From: Callorhinchus milii
Taxonomy: Eukaryota
DNA: 64,000 nucleotides
Assembly (NCBI RefSeq): GCF_018977255.1
Contig: NW_024704743.1
Span: forward strand, 72,604,001 to 72,668,000
Direction of reading: 5' to 3'
Both the position numbers and the translations under genes were made by a program. The notes beneath the pieces are model-generated. The model was not told the origin of the DNA. It worked only from the letters and a program-made list of their open reading frames with translations, and ran no database searches. Below are positions 37,001-49,124 of the stretch, one piece after another. Every line of letters starts with the position of its first letter. The stretch's first letter is position 1.

Positions 37001-39895
37001 TAACAATTCTCATCTCATTCTGACTTCTCTCCGGCCTTTTCTTCACTCCCCAGAAAACGCCAGTCTCTGCTGTTTCTATTTCATTCATTTTTGCTCGTGA
37101 TATTTACTGTGAGCATTTTCCTATTCTTTCCCCTCAACAGCTCTGGATCATTTACCCCCTTGCTACAGCAGTTCAAATAACCCTCTATTATGTGCCTTTC
37201 CTCCTCGGTTTTCTCTTCCTCTCCATTTACGTACAGGTCAGAGGCACTCAGATGCTAAATTCACTTCTCAATTTCAGTGCCTGTGGCACGTACAAGAAAC
37301 AAAAAAACACAAAACTAAGTGAAAGTCATGTAGGAAAGAAAATCATGGAATGTCGAGGTAGACAAAAATTAAAACTGATAAAAACACCAGAGCAATTTTA
37401 ATGGAATGTAAAACTTTTATAACTCCTAAATCTAAGCCAGAATGAAAAAATGTTTTCACTTTAGCTGACTTCTCTCTCCCTAGCTCTCCTGGGTGTATGA
37501 TAAAAAAAATAAAAGTACAAGTCATAAACTAAAATTTATTCATGTTTTTCTAAAAAATAAGACAATGAGTTTAGGATTGGAAAAAGTACCTGTGACATTT
37601 ACTTAGGTTTCAGCGCCCAGTATTTCTGGTGAAGAAAAAGTTATACCCTCACATTTTCACCCCCAAAAATATACAGTCAATTCACTCTACAATATATTCT
37701 GTGAAGCACATTAAGATTCTCAACAATGTGATAAGGCACTATATTAAATGCAAGGATTCTTTTTATTATATTCCTTCTGGATGGCAGGATTATCTGTCAA
37801 CAAGCACAGATGGTGAGCAACAACGACAAAGCAATATCAAAAGAGAAAAAAGAAGCCTGAACTTTAATTGTGCTTTTTAAAAAAACACAAAGTAATATTG
37901 AAGGTCTTATCTTAATCATGAGGAAATACTCTTGTTTTCTTTTGTCTACACCCAGTCCTGCGAGACTTAGCTGATGAGCTATTGTCCATTTCCATACTGA
38001 CCTCCGAACCATACCATGCATGAGAGGGTGGCATTGCTTCATCTCATCTTAATCATGAGGGAATACAATACCTATTTTAAAGCGGCACTTGACATACCTT
38101 TTACTTAAGGTTTCTCACTCCAAAATAATAACAGTTGACAGTCCAAAAAGTTGACGACGTTTTTCTTTTGCATTTTATGAAATATGCAGCATGATATTAA
38201 GCTGGATAGTAAAATTATTTTACAGATATGTGATTATCATCAAATCTCCAATAAATGTCAAATGACTACAAATTCCACCTGGATCTAGATTTACTCTGTT
38301 AAGTTAGCATTTCGGAGCATGCAAAATTAGTCAAATTCTTAAATAGTCTTTAATTTTGAAGCCAGTTAAAAACTGCAGGAAACAAATTGCCAAATTCTGT
38401 ACGCTCTGAAATACTGTCAATAGAGTAAATCTAGACCCAAGTGAACTTTTACCCCCAACATGACTGAAAGAAAATTGAATGAATAAGAGTGAATACATGC
38501 AAATAAGAAATACATTTTGTTGAAAGTTGAACTGTACCCAGCAGTAGAAATGCGAACCTATGTATTCCAGCAAAATTCTTATTTTTATTTAATGATCGGA
38601 GTGATATTTTCAATGCTCTCTCTTTTGGACTTTTAATTTCTTTTTGTTAACCAAGACCATTTTATTTAGTAAATGAAGTTCAACTTTTTTTCATTAAAAA
38701 AAATTGCAGCAATTTTATTTTTGCCCTCAGTTTATTTTCTTCTTTGCATTTATTCACTTTTGTTCATTCAATTAATTCTCTTTCTTTCTTGCTGCGCCAA
38801 TCGCTCCTTATAGTATTTTCCCTCTTTTGTTCCATTTCTCACATTGCTGCACCCAGTCCTGGGAGACTCAGCTGATGAGCTATTGTCTGGTTCCATACAG
38901 ATCTCTGAACCTAACCATGCATGAGAGGGTGACATTGCTTCCTGACCCTCATCTTCACCATGTAAAAAGTGCAGCTTTTTCATGGCTTTGAAACTTGCAC
39001 AATGGGCTGTAATCTAGGGTGCAAGAGGTGCAGTTGCTTCAGGCAGACTCCTATATTATCATCTCTAAGGTTACTGGAATCATACACCTTGTCTGTGTTT
39101 CCTTGGATCATGGTGGAATCAGATCACCTTGTCAAGACACAGGCTGCTCAGCTGAAGTCAATAATATCAGCAGAGAGAGATTCAGAGGAAGTAGAGGTGC
39201 AATGACTTCAGGCTCCGTATTCAAAGACAATGCACACCCAACAAAAATCTAGGTTAAATGCACTCTAAACTCTGTTATGTGTACAATTGGAGAAGGAATC
39301 GTGCATGTTGTGACTATGGACCAGAATGGCAGAGAGCCCAAAGGCTACATTCAGTACATGCCATGGTTGCAAAAGTATCTTCTAGGACAATGATTACACT
39401 CTTTGATATAACTCCACAAGATTCACACTGACATATACAAGGAATAGAATTTCCCCTTAATGGGCACACCCACAATGAGATCAGACATGTAGATTCTCCT
39501 GTTGGTGAAGACACTCTATCTATTCTACACTATTAACATTTTTACAAAAACAGGAGAGGGAGGATTTACTTGCCTCCCTCTCTTGTAGCCACCCTTCCTG
39601 TAGGCACTTTATCATGACTTCATTGGTGATCATCTTCTTATTTCGTCAATTCACTTTACAGTCTATTCTGTGAAGCGCTCTGAGATGGCTAGAAGATGTG
39701 AAAAGCGCTATATGCAAGGATTATTATTATTATTATTTTACATCTACTTATGAGCCAGGGAGGCTGTGCTGTTATCAGCAGTGTCCTGGAGTAATATGGA
39801 CCCACCTGGCTCAGGACAGGAACTATCAAGACAGAGGGTGGACTCGATTCTGACATTTCATTGCCAAATATATCACTTTGGAGACAGTTCAGCTC

Positions 39896-39943
39896 CACCA
39901 CCACCACCACCACCCCCGCCCCCCCCCCCCCCCCCCCACCCAC
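39896..39943. repeat. (CCA)n grading into a poly-C run
   Basis: Directly visible. Confidence 0.9.
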
Positions 39944-40684
39944 AGGAACGAGGATAGTCACAAGGTGGAGATTTGATATCTGTTAAGTAGGGATTTGAGC
40001 CCTCACTAGGTGAATGGTAGTTACCAGGAACTCCCTGCAAGCTTCTTGGTGGGCAACACAGCTCAGCATGAAATATGTGACAGCATTGCCTATCTGCCAT
40101 GATTGGCATCTGTCCTGCCATGAGATTCAGATAATAGCATTCAGACGTAAAGGTGCATTTTCTTTATTCTAAATGTTCTAAATTCAAAATGTGCAGTCTG
40201 CAAATGAGAACAAAATCACCTGATGTTATCTCAACACTTTTTCCAACTCATACTGTATTTTAAACTATAAACAAGTTTAAGAATAGTGCAAATTTATGCT
40301 GAATTAGTTTAAATAACTTACATTCACTATTTGGGAATCACACCAGACTCACAATTGGATCACAGGAAACATAAACTTAAGATGTGGGAAACTTTTCCAT
40401 CTTGATCCAGACCACTCTTTCTAGAATTCTCAACATTATTAACACAATACTGTACTATACTTACTAGACACCTCTGTCTGGTACCACTGCCATTATTTTT
40501 CTGCCATTTGGAAGATATCAGCAGCGAGAGATTCAGAGGAAGTGGAGGTTTGGAAGGTACTGCTTTGGATATTGATACAGATGTTGACAGAGATGTCTGG
40601 TAAATTAATGTTGCCCTATATAGCTGTTCTCAAACATATCTTATTTATCATATTTATATCCATTAGCAAACTTAACTTGGGATA

Positions 40685-41330
40685 GTCAGCCTTGCTCAGT
40701 GATAACACTCCCATCTCTGAATCAGAAGTTGTGAGTTGAAGTCTCATGTTGGGGCTTTGAGTTCATTGAGTCTGACATTCTAATGCAGTGCTGGGAGTAT
40801 TGGTAGTGCCATCCTTCAGATAAGACAAAAAACAAGATCCCATCTGTCTTGTCAGGTGAATATTAAAGATTCCACAATACTATCCAAAAATAAAAGGCAG
40901 TTTTATTCTCCAAAGGGTGCTGGCCAACAATCCCACAGAGAAAAGTAGCCATTCACTTCATGGCTGTTTGTAGGTCATTGCTGTGCGCTAACTGGCTGCA
41001 GTGTTCACCCACAAATACACAGTAACAACTTCCATTTATATAGTGCCCTTGAGTCAAGGTAGCATCTCAGAGCTCTGAACAATGGTAGAGTTTTATATTG
41101 GGCCAGGGAGGAAAGTCTTCAGGACTAATTTAAAAATGGGTAAAGGCAGGGCAAGGTGAGAGATTGAGGCAGGGACTTCCATAGGTTTGGGATGTAGTGG
41201 CTGAAGGCATTGTCACCGATGTGGAGCGGAGGAGTGGGGGACTGGGAGAAGACCCATGCCAGACGAGCGAAGTGGTCGGGTATAAGTGTAGCTGTAAGCA
41301 GGTAGGAGATGTAGGGAAGAGTTTGATGAA
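40685..41330. mobile_element. Old Deu-type SINE (plus strand, about 40685-41022) abutting an L2 3' end (minus strand, about 41025-41330)
   Basis: CAGCCTTGCTCAGT head, AAAGATTCCAC and GGCTGTTTG...TGTGCGCTAACTGGCTGC body; then AACAACTTCCATTTATATAGTGCC L2 tail. Confidence 0.75.
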
Positions 41331-44300
41331 TCAGTCACTACACTTTACAGAAAAATGTCTGCAATACATTGACATGTTTGATAGAATAAAGTAATTCATC
41401 AAATATCAAATCTTTCTTTTTTTCTTATTCCCTGCTATCGCTCTCCACTCCATGCAATAAACATCACAAAAGATTGCAATATCCAAGTAAAGCAGTACGA
41501 CAAATCCTTTGCATTGCTACAAAAAAAATCAAGGAACTTCCATCAGCTTTTATATTCGTATACAATCAGGGATAATACTCATTAAAAGATGCTATAAAAA
41601 CAGTGATTCAAAAAAATGAAACAGGAAGTAATTCTGTCAATGTTGTTCCAATATTAAATGCAAAGCCAAAACCCATTTGCCTTCGAATGGATGTGTGAAA
41701 TACACACAACACACACGTACACACGGAAAATTAAAGCAGGCAATCTGAAAGAGAGAAGGCCTGAGAACCCATGTGCAATATCCAAATGCTCTGAAAGGAA
41801 GAGACAAGAAGATAAGGTGTCAACAATCCTAAGCATATCCTGAGACTAGGGCAACCTCAAGGCTAATACTGAGGTTCCAGACAGGCCCCTTCATCAGATT
41901 TTTTTCCCACTTTTCATCCTTTAACAAAGCGTTAGCTAACAATATGGAAATCTCCTTCCCTCTTTGGATTAAACCCCTTTAGAGAAGAAGTATGCAAATT
42001 CACCGCTCTGTTCCCTCAACTGGGGCTGCTCTGAGAATAGCTATCTTTTCACTGTCTGTTTTACATCTCAAGCGGCCCATCCCACTGGCTGACAGGGAGA
42101 CCAGCCTTCCAATTCAATATCCTTCACAGTGCTGACAGTTGAAACCCTGGGCCTGGCACTGACTCTAAAAGAACTCATTTAGTCATAATTAACTATTCCC
42201 TGCATATTCCCCTAGGTATGGTAATTGTTAAAAAAAACGCTAACAACCGAGGCATTCATCGCAGGATCTTTTAAACTTTTCACAGCAGCCTTTATTTTTT
42301 TCTGTCGTGCTTCCTCCCTAGTAACATTTCAGGCACGGTGATGGAATGTGGGTGGAGACAAGGCGGCACCAAAACCCTAGGTGTAAATACTTCACATGGC
42401 AGATGGGCCAGAAAGAGGAATCTACACCACGAGAAATGTGAAGCTGCATCAATCAGGCATGAATTTATAGCACAGCGTGAAGTCAGCTAAAAAATCATCA
42501 CATTTTATCTGATCTTAATATGAACATATGTTCCTCAATATACTGGTCCTCCCCTTCATCTAGATAGCCTACAGCAACAAATCTTCTGTTTCAGAATGAA
42601 ACTTTTTGTGTATTTATAAGCTGCGTTGCCATCCTGCAGCAAAATGGGAAAAGCTGACTCGAGACGTGGGGGATGAAAAGGACAGGAGGCCAGTGACAGG
42701 CCATTCTTTTCATGTTAACCAGAGAGAGAGGAGAGAGAGGAGAGAGAGAGCACAATTACACAAGACACAAGATGCATTATAAATCATGGATCTGCAGAAA
42801 CCAAATCACAAAGACTGTGAGAGCAACAGTCTGACAGAATACTTGGTTACCTGCCAGTGAAAACAGGATGTATAATATTTAATATGTAACAAGGAGCAGT
42901 GAGCAAATATATTAAAAACAACTATCAAAAAGTACTTCTTATTCTTTGGCAAATATAAATAAGGCTAATGTCTGGAATTTAGAATGTTTTTTTAAAAAGA
43001 ATGTTTTAATTGCCAAAAAAACCCCTCCTTGCTGTGGTTTTATCTGCTGTATTTTATATAAAAAATAACTGTAGGTGTGCTCATATTCTCTGCACTGTGT
43101 TGAATTTTCATATGTTTTGCTTTATCAACTAGTCAATTCCGATAATTGAAAGTACATTTTGTCCCATAATATCTCAAGTTTATCCAACTGAAATAGACTC
43201 ATGCCATTCAACAGTCTTACTATAAACATACAGCAATAAAAATGAAGACCAGATTTTTTCGTGAAGTTGTTGTCGTAACAAAAGATTTATATAGATTGAT
43301 ATGGCTTCCACAGTCAATTTGGGACAACACCATAGGTCTATGAGGTTGGTCAGTCAAGATCTACCTCGTCTGAAGAGGTCACTCATCAGGGAGGGTGAGC
43401 TCTGGGTGATGACTGGCAGATCCGTGGTGTCATTCACCCAGATGTGAGGCTCTGGAGCAGTAAATATCGGGAGCAAATCCAGGGGGGGGCTCAGGAAATT
43501 TTCTGATTTCCCAAACAGCCAGACCACCGTGCCTCCAACATCAAATTGAGAAGGAAATGACTGCTGTAGAGCACATTCTGCGCGTGGCTTGCATGCACAA
43601 TGAGCCGGAAATGGAGAGCCTGAGGACCCAGAAACTGGACATTTTTTTTCTTGCCTCATGTAAATCTTTTCTCTGAGATATTCGACCCAACCGACTGCAT
43701 TATAATGGGGTTTCGCCGTACCTCAATTGATCCTACATCTCTGGCCTCTGGTTTATAAGGGATTTACACCAGTTAATATTTATCTTTTTCTTTATGGGTT
43801 ATGATTTTTACACTATTATTTGTTCTCCAATAATGCATTTGTTTAAAAATAACTGGTTGTTTTTTCTGTAGCATTTTCTGTATTTCTCTGTATTCATGAG
43901 CTTGCATCTGATCTTATTTTCATTTTAAAATAACTCCACACAACTTATTGACTGAAATTCTGCCCTTACAATCTCTCTGATATATAGCGTTTCTAAAATT
44001 CACTATTTCATGTTGTTCATTTTATGTATGTGTCTAGTTTCTTTTGAACTGATTTATTTCAGAGTGCTGTGTAGCAAACTTAGCTTAAAACAGGCAAAAT
44101 GCCCCAGAGTAGAAAGATTTTTTCCAACAAATTGTAGCAGGTAAAAAGTGAAAGATAAGAATGTTGGGAGCGTTTCTGCTGCCTTAATGTATTTAGCATT
44201 TTTCAAGCAAAGGCCATCAGACCAGTCCAAAAATGCATATCTGCAGTGTGCACATCCAAGAGGTGAGTTTTTATCACGGGATGCGGATTGTTCTTGCTAC

Positions 44301-45222
44301 ACTGGGATTGAATATACTCCGGATTTACTTCTGAGTGAAATGTGCTGGGTAAACAGTTTTCTCGCCCTCTCCCGCCTTGGGAGCAACTATAAAGATTTGC
44401 GTGGGCATGATTGACAGGAAGAAGGATTCAATCAGATGAGTTCCTCTGTCTGGAGGTCAAGAAGGCTAGTTAGCAGTCACTGTCAAAAAATGCCAGCAGC
44501 ATTCAAAATGGGAAGTGTCACGACTTCGAGGCAGGTGGTGCTCCCTGGAATGGGAGTCCCTCGACTCATTAGTAAGTTACAGGATACAAGTTTAACTGAA
44601 GAGAGAAGGAGAGGAAGATAATACCCGAAGGGGAAAATTATTGTGAAGTGGAATTGATTTCATGTATAATTTGTTTATCACCAGAGGGGGCAAATGCTGT
44701 CCTTCTCCAGTGTGTGTGGGGGGAATTTTGGCTGTGAATTAAACTGATTAACATAATCTCCGAGTGGAGCTGTTGCTCTGAAGAATGTGAATTCTGGTAG
44801 CCATGAACATGAACAGACAGCGCTGCATTATTTAAAATCTATGCGCTATAGAATGGTTTCTCGTGTACAGTCAGAATCATTAGTACTGTGGGAGTAAACA
44901 TGGCAATTAATTAATTGCATCATTCCTTCCAACAGTTTATTTATATTAATTCAATTCAATTAAAGGGTGAGGAATGATTATTAAACTTTATTAACTGCGA
45001 CAGCAAATATTAACAGTAATCAATAGTCTTCTTTCAATTCATTGCCTCAATGAATAGATTTACAAAATAAACTCAGCAATGTTAATAGTTTGAAAAGTTT
45101 TTTTGTCTGTATTTTGCAAAATCTATCTAGCGCTGTAACATTTTTTTCCCCCAACATATATATACATCGACTGTGAGGATGGCATAATATGTTAAGCTGA
45201 CGTCACTGAAATGCAACCTAAA

Positions 45223-45312
45223 TACAATACAAATACAAAAGTGGTCTCAATATTAAAGTGTCCACAAGTGAGGACACTTTAATATTGAGACCACTTTTGT
45301 ATTTGTATTGTA
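45223..45312. repeat. Perfect 41-bp inverted repeat with 8-nt spacer
   Basis: 45223-45263 is the exact reverse complement of 45272-45312; spacer ACAAGTGA. Confidence 0.97.
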
Positions 45313-45464
45313 CTGTCTATATTTTCAGTGTAGGAGCTTCCATGGTGTACTCCAATAATTAAAAAAACTGAGAAATGACAATATTCACCTATGTGAGGAA
45401 AGTTGGTTCCTGTGATAGGCAGTGCCAAGCCTTGAACCTGATAACTTTACAACCTTTCAAGAAG

Positions 45465-46167
45465 TGTCAGCTTGGCTCATTTGGTTGCACTCTTGCCTTT
45501 AAATAGACGTGGGTTCAAGACCCACATTAGGACTTGGTGAGTTCATAGTGAGTTCACTGGATGTTACTCCAGTGCAGCGCTGGGGATGCACTCCATTGTC
45601 AGAGCTGTGGTTTTTCAGTGTATTTAACCAAGTTCTCATTTGCATGTTCTGGTGTGTTAAAGATCCAGTGGAAGTCACAGTGTCCTGGCCAACAAACAAA
45701 ATTGGTCCTTTGCTTCATGGTTGATTGTGGGACAACGCTATGTGAAAATTGGCTGCTACCTTTGTCTTCAAATATGCAGTTCATTACACTTTACTCTAAA
45801 TTTAGTAAAGCACAGTGTGAGAGATGATTTCAAATCACTTTATGCCCTCGCACTTGCTTACCTCTCCAATCTGCTCAAACCGCACTTCTATACTCACCCC
45901 CTGTGTTCTGCTGGCTCGACCCTACTCCACCATCGGCGACCGTGCTTTCAGTCACTACACTCCGAACCTTCTGAAATCTCTACCTCAATCAACCACCTTG
46001 CCCCTCTTTGCCCGGCTTCAGATTGCACCTAACGACTTTGCTCTTCCACCATGCCTACAGTCACCTCCCCTTTCTCCAAGGCTCAGCGTCAAAGTCCGCC
46101 ATTGTTAAGCACTCTGAGATGCTTCCCTGCGTGAAGGGCACTGCACGAAAGCATGCTGTTGTTGTTC
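45465..46167 (+). mobile_element. Old Deu-type SINE (about 45465-45820) followed by an L2 3' fragment (about 45825-46167)
   Basis: CAGCTTGGCTCA...GGGTTCAAG head and Deu body; then FKSLYALALAYLSNLL, TIGDRAFS and a (GTT)n tail. Confidence 0.75.
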
Positions 46168-46485
46168 CATGTACCTCCAATTGCTGAATAGTTTTAACAC
46201 AAGTTTTATTCTATTTTGGCAATAATTTCTTCAGGTTTAAATACATTTTGGCAAGCACAAAGTTAACTGGGGAGTTTCAAAAAGTTCTAGTTGTCAAGCG
46301 GTTGTGAGTACATTTGGAACATTTTTTTCCAGTGCTGTCTGGGCAGCATCTTTGATGTAAGCCACATCAATAGATATCCTTGCCATTGGCGTATGTGGGC
46401 TGCTACTTCAAATCTGATTTGCAGTGTTGTGCAATACCTTGTTTATGCTGAGACCTAGCGCTGCCATGCAGGCTCAGAAATCAAA

Positions 46486-46729
46486 GGTCCAAATGTTCTC
46501 ATTGTCTTAGGCCTTTAGACCATTGTTTTAAAATTTGAGATTGTGCAACATTTTGAAAGAGCTTTTTAAGCTGTTTTAATTTCAAAACTCTTTTTTCTTC
46601 CATTTGTTTTCAGAGTTGCAGAAAAATAGCTTCAAAATCAAGACGGAATGTAAAAGTCTTACAAAATTCTGCACAGTTTTCCTTTCAGGGCAATGGCCTT
46701 AATGCTAAAGCCATGAGAAATCTTGATCC
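46486..46729. repeat. AT-rich palindromic MITE-like repeat, best-preserved copy
   Basis: Left arm TTCTCATTGTCTTAGGCCTTTAGACCATTG...GATTGTGCAACATTTTG; right arm CAAAATTCTGCACAGT...CAATGGCCTTAATGCTAAAGCCATGAGAA. Confidence 0.65.
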
Positions 46730-47230
46730 ACTGATCTCTGTGGAAGTGTCTCATTTACACTGCTATGTAGTCCCATCCATGTAACTGATCCGTTTTTCAA
46801 GAATACAATGCCCTGCATATGGATGCACGGATATGCCATATATGTATGCAGGTTGGACTAGGGGTTATCCTCGAAACATTGCACATCTGCTGAGAATAAA
46901 TCAGTTCTTTCAACAAACAGAAACAGTGGGCAATGGGGGTGGGGAAGTGGGAAGAGAGGAAATGGAGCAGCAGTTCTTGGGAATCATTTATGCGCTTTGA
47001 GACGTCTCGAAGACATGATAAGGCGCTATATCGAATGCAAAGATTATTATTATTAACCTACTGATGACGACTGCCTGAGGAAGACAGGTTTAGAATATAT
47101 ACTGTGGAAATGCTATTTTTGTTGTTCGATCCTCTGCCCCCCCACCTACCCCCCGCACTGATCTCTGATTCACAGCACTTGTGAACACACTTGTGAACTT
47201 TTATGCATATATTCATGGAGGGTAACTTCA

Positions 47231-47303
47231 CGCCCTGCCTGGAATTGAACTCAGGTCTCTCACTTGCAAAGCGAGTGCTCTAACCACTGAGCTACAGGAC
47301 TCC
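47231..47303 (-). mobile_element. Isolated SINE tRNA-like head
   Basis: Matches the head of the SINE at about 4036-4108; body absent. Confidence 0.9.
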
Positions 47304-49124
47304 ACAGAGTCACTTCTGGTGATTCCTAAGTGGAGTTGGTAATAGTGATCCCAAGTTGCAAATCGTGCTTTCACCCATTACATCCTGAACCTCTGGAATT
47401 CACTGCCTCAATCCCTCTGTCTTGCCTCATCTTTGCCATCTTCAGAGAAAGAGGTGACTTTCCTCTTTCTCGCTACTCAGCCTCAAACTATGACATTGTT
47501 ATGTGTTCCAACAAGTTACCCTCCATGAATATATGCATAAAAGTAGGTGGCATCTGTATGTGCGGGGCACTGGCACATGGAAACGTGGGGAACCAAATCT
47601 TGTCAGAGTGAAGTTCCCTTGGGTCTACATGATTCACGTCTGGTTATGGTAGGAGTCGCTTTCAGTGACTCCCATCAGCATCTGGCAGTGTGTCAAAGTG
47701 ATTTCTTGAAAACCAATTCTATTGCAAATCACCAAGTATTAAACCCCTACCGGACGTTCCAGCTCTGACAAAGTGGAGTGTAGCCACCAGTTACCTTTGT
47801 GAAAGAGCACTGCAGAAGGAGAGCGCGGGTTAGAAAGCTGCTGCTTCTGCTCCTGTAGCTGTCACAGGAGACTTACTCGAGTCCTATGAGGCAAGTAAAA
47901 ATTAAGAAATTGGCAGGGAAAAAAAATGTTTGAACAGAATCACTATCTGCGTAATTACTGGCAAGCTTCCATACCAAGATAAACGTATGAATAGCGCTTC
48001 ATTAACCTGCCAGGAAGAGATACGGTATCTCAAAATAAAAATATAGATTTGACATTCAACCCCGGCTACAGCTACCAGCTAGTTCTCAAATTTTAATGTT
48101 ACCTTCATGTGGGAAAGATGCTCGGAGTCTATACAGGAGACAGTAGCTCATCAGACAGCCCGTCTCCATGGGTACGGGTCTGTTTCAGCATAACAGCATG
48201 TGCTTTGTTCATGGCCTTAGATCAGTTTCTCCCCTTCAGTGATTCACTTTTAAGAATAGGGGAACTGGGATCATGTGACAGATGCTCCCCAGAATGAAGT
48301 GACCGGCCTTGGGAGAAGAGGGCCGCTAGGTTTTCACAGTCGAAAGCAGCTCATTCCCCATGCAGTCATTGTCACCATGATATAGTCCTTAGTGCATTCA
48401 TGTGTCGTCGTGGACTGTCAGCCACTTCAGCTGAAACAGCCTTTTATGCTCAGTCGCTTCTCAGACAACAGCACAAAGGCTGATGCTCGGTGCCTACAGG
48501 GACTTTGCAGTGAACCTTACTTGGCTGATGTCTTCGTATAAATAATACAATAAAAAGCTCTGAGTCCTGGTAGAATTACTCTTCTGCTTTTCCCACTCCC
48601 ATTGGCATACCCCAGTATCCACATCACGGATTAGAATAAACTAAAAATGGATACAGCTGAAATAAAGGGCTCATCTGTCCACTACCACAGAGATAAAGCA
48701 ACTTTACCTCCAATCTTTCTTTCTGTTCATGCAACAAAACTCTTGGCATTAAGTATTTACTATCATCGCACAAATGTTATATTTTCCCTTGCTGGTCGAA
48801 ATTAATATTTAAGCTTAATTTACATTTTATTCCTCCGCATGAAATTGGAGCTAGTGAAAGGCAGTCTGCAAGTCCTGCTTCTCTGATCCCAAAATATTTT
48901 TTTCGACTAGATTTTCCTGAGTTATAGTTTTCTTCGACTATTGTTTGGACAAGTCGTTGAGGTAAATAATATGGTATTTACAACATGGATTCTTAAATAG
49001 AGATTGACATACAGGAACGTTGCTCTGATGAGCTCAGAAGTAGATTGAGGTATTCCCACGGGTTCATGGGACTCATATCTAGTGACTGTCAGAATTCGTT
49101 ATTTGCAACTTGTAGTTGCTATTT

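Noticed and set aside
37402..37412. miR-1-like TGGAATGTAAA
   Set aside because: An 11-nt match only, with no hairpin; a similar word occurs in the AT-rich foldback repeat at about 46645
37971..38010. Hammerhead ribozyme core (CTGATGA)
   Set aside because: No short stem II followed by GAAA, and no stem I/III arrangement in any of the three copies
38890..38950. Ig-like peptide GSNVTLSC on the minus strand
   Set aside because: In-frame stops flank it in both copies, and there is no downstream Trp or second Cys
40459..40615. Possible minus-strand exon ending at a GTAAGT donor
   Set aside because: Weak acceptor, unrecognisable translation and no partner exons; cannot be supported without RNA data
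43344..43692. GC-richer block with possible GGTTGG...CCAACC termini
   Set aside because: The inverted match is too short and no target-site duplication is visible, so I left it unclassified
44678..44695. CTCF-like site TCACCAGAGGGGGCA (also CCAACAGATGGCTG at about 20779)
   Set aside because: Only partial matches to the consensus, and such matches are expected by chance in 64 kb
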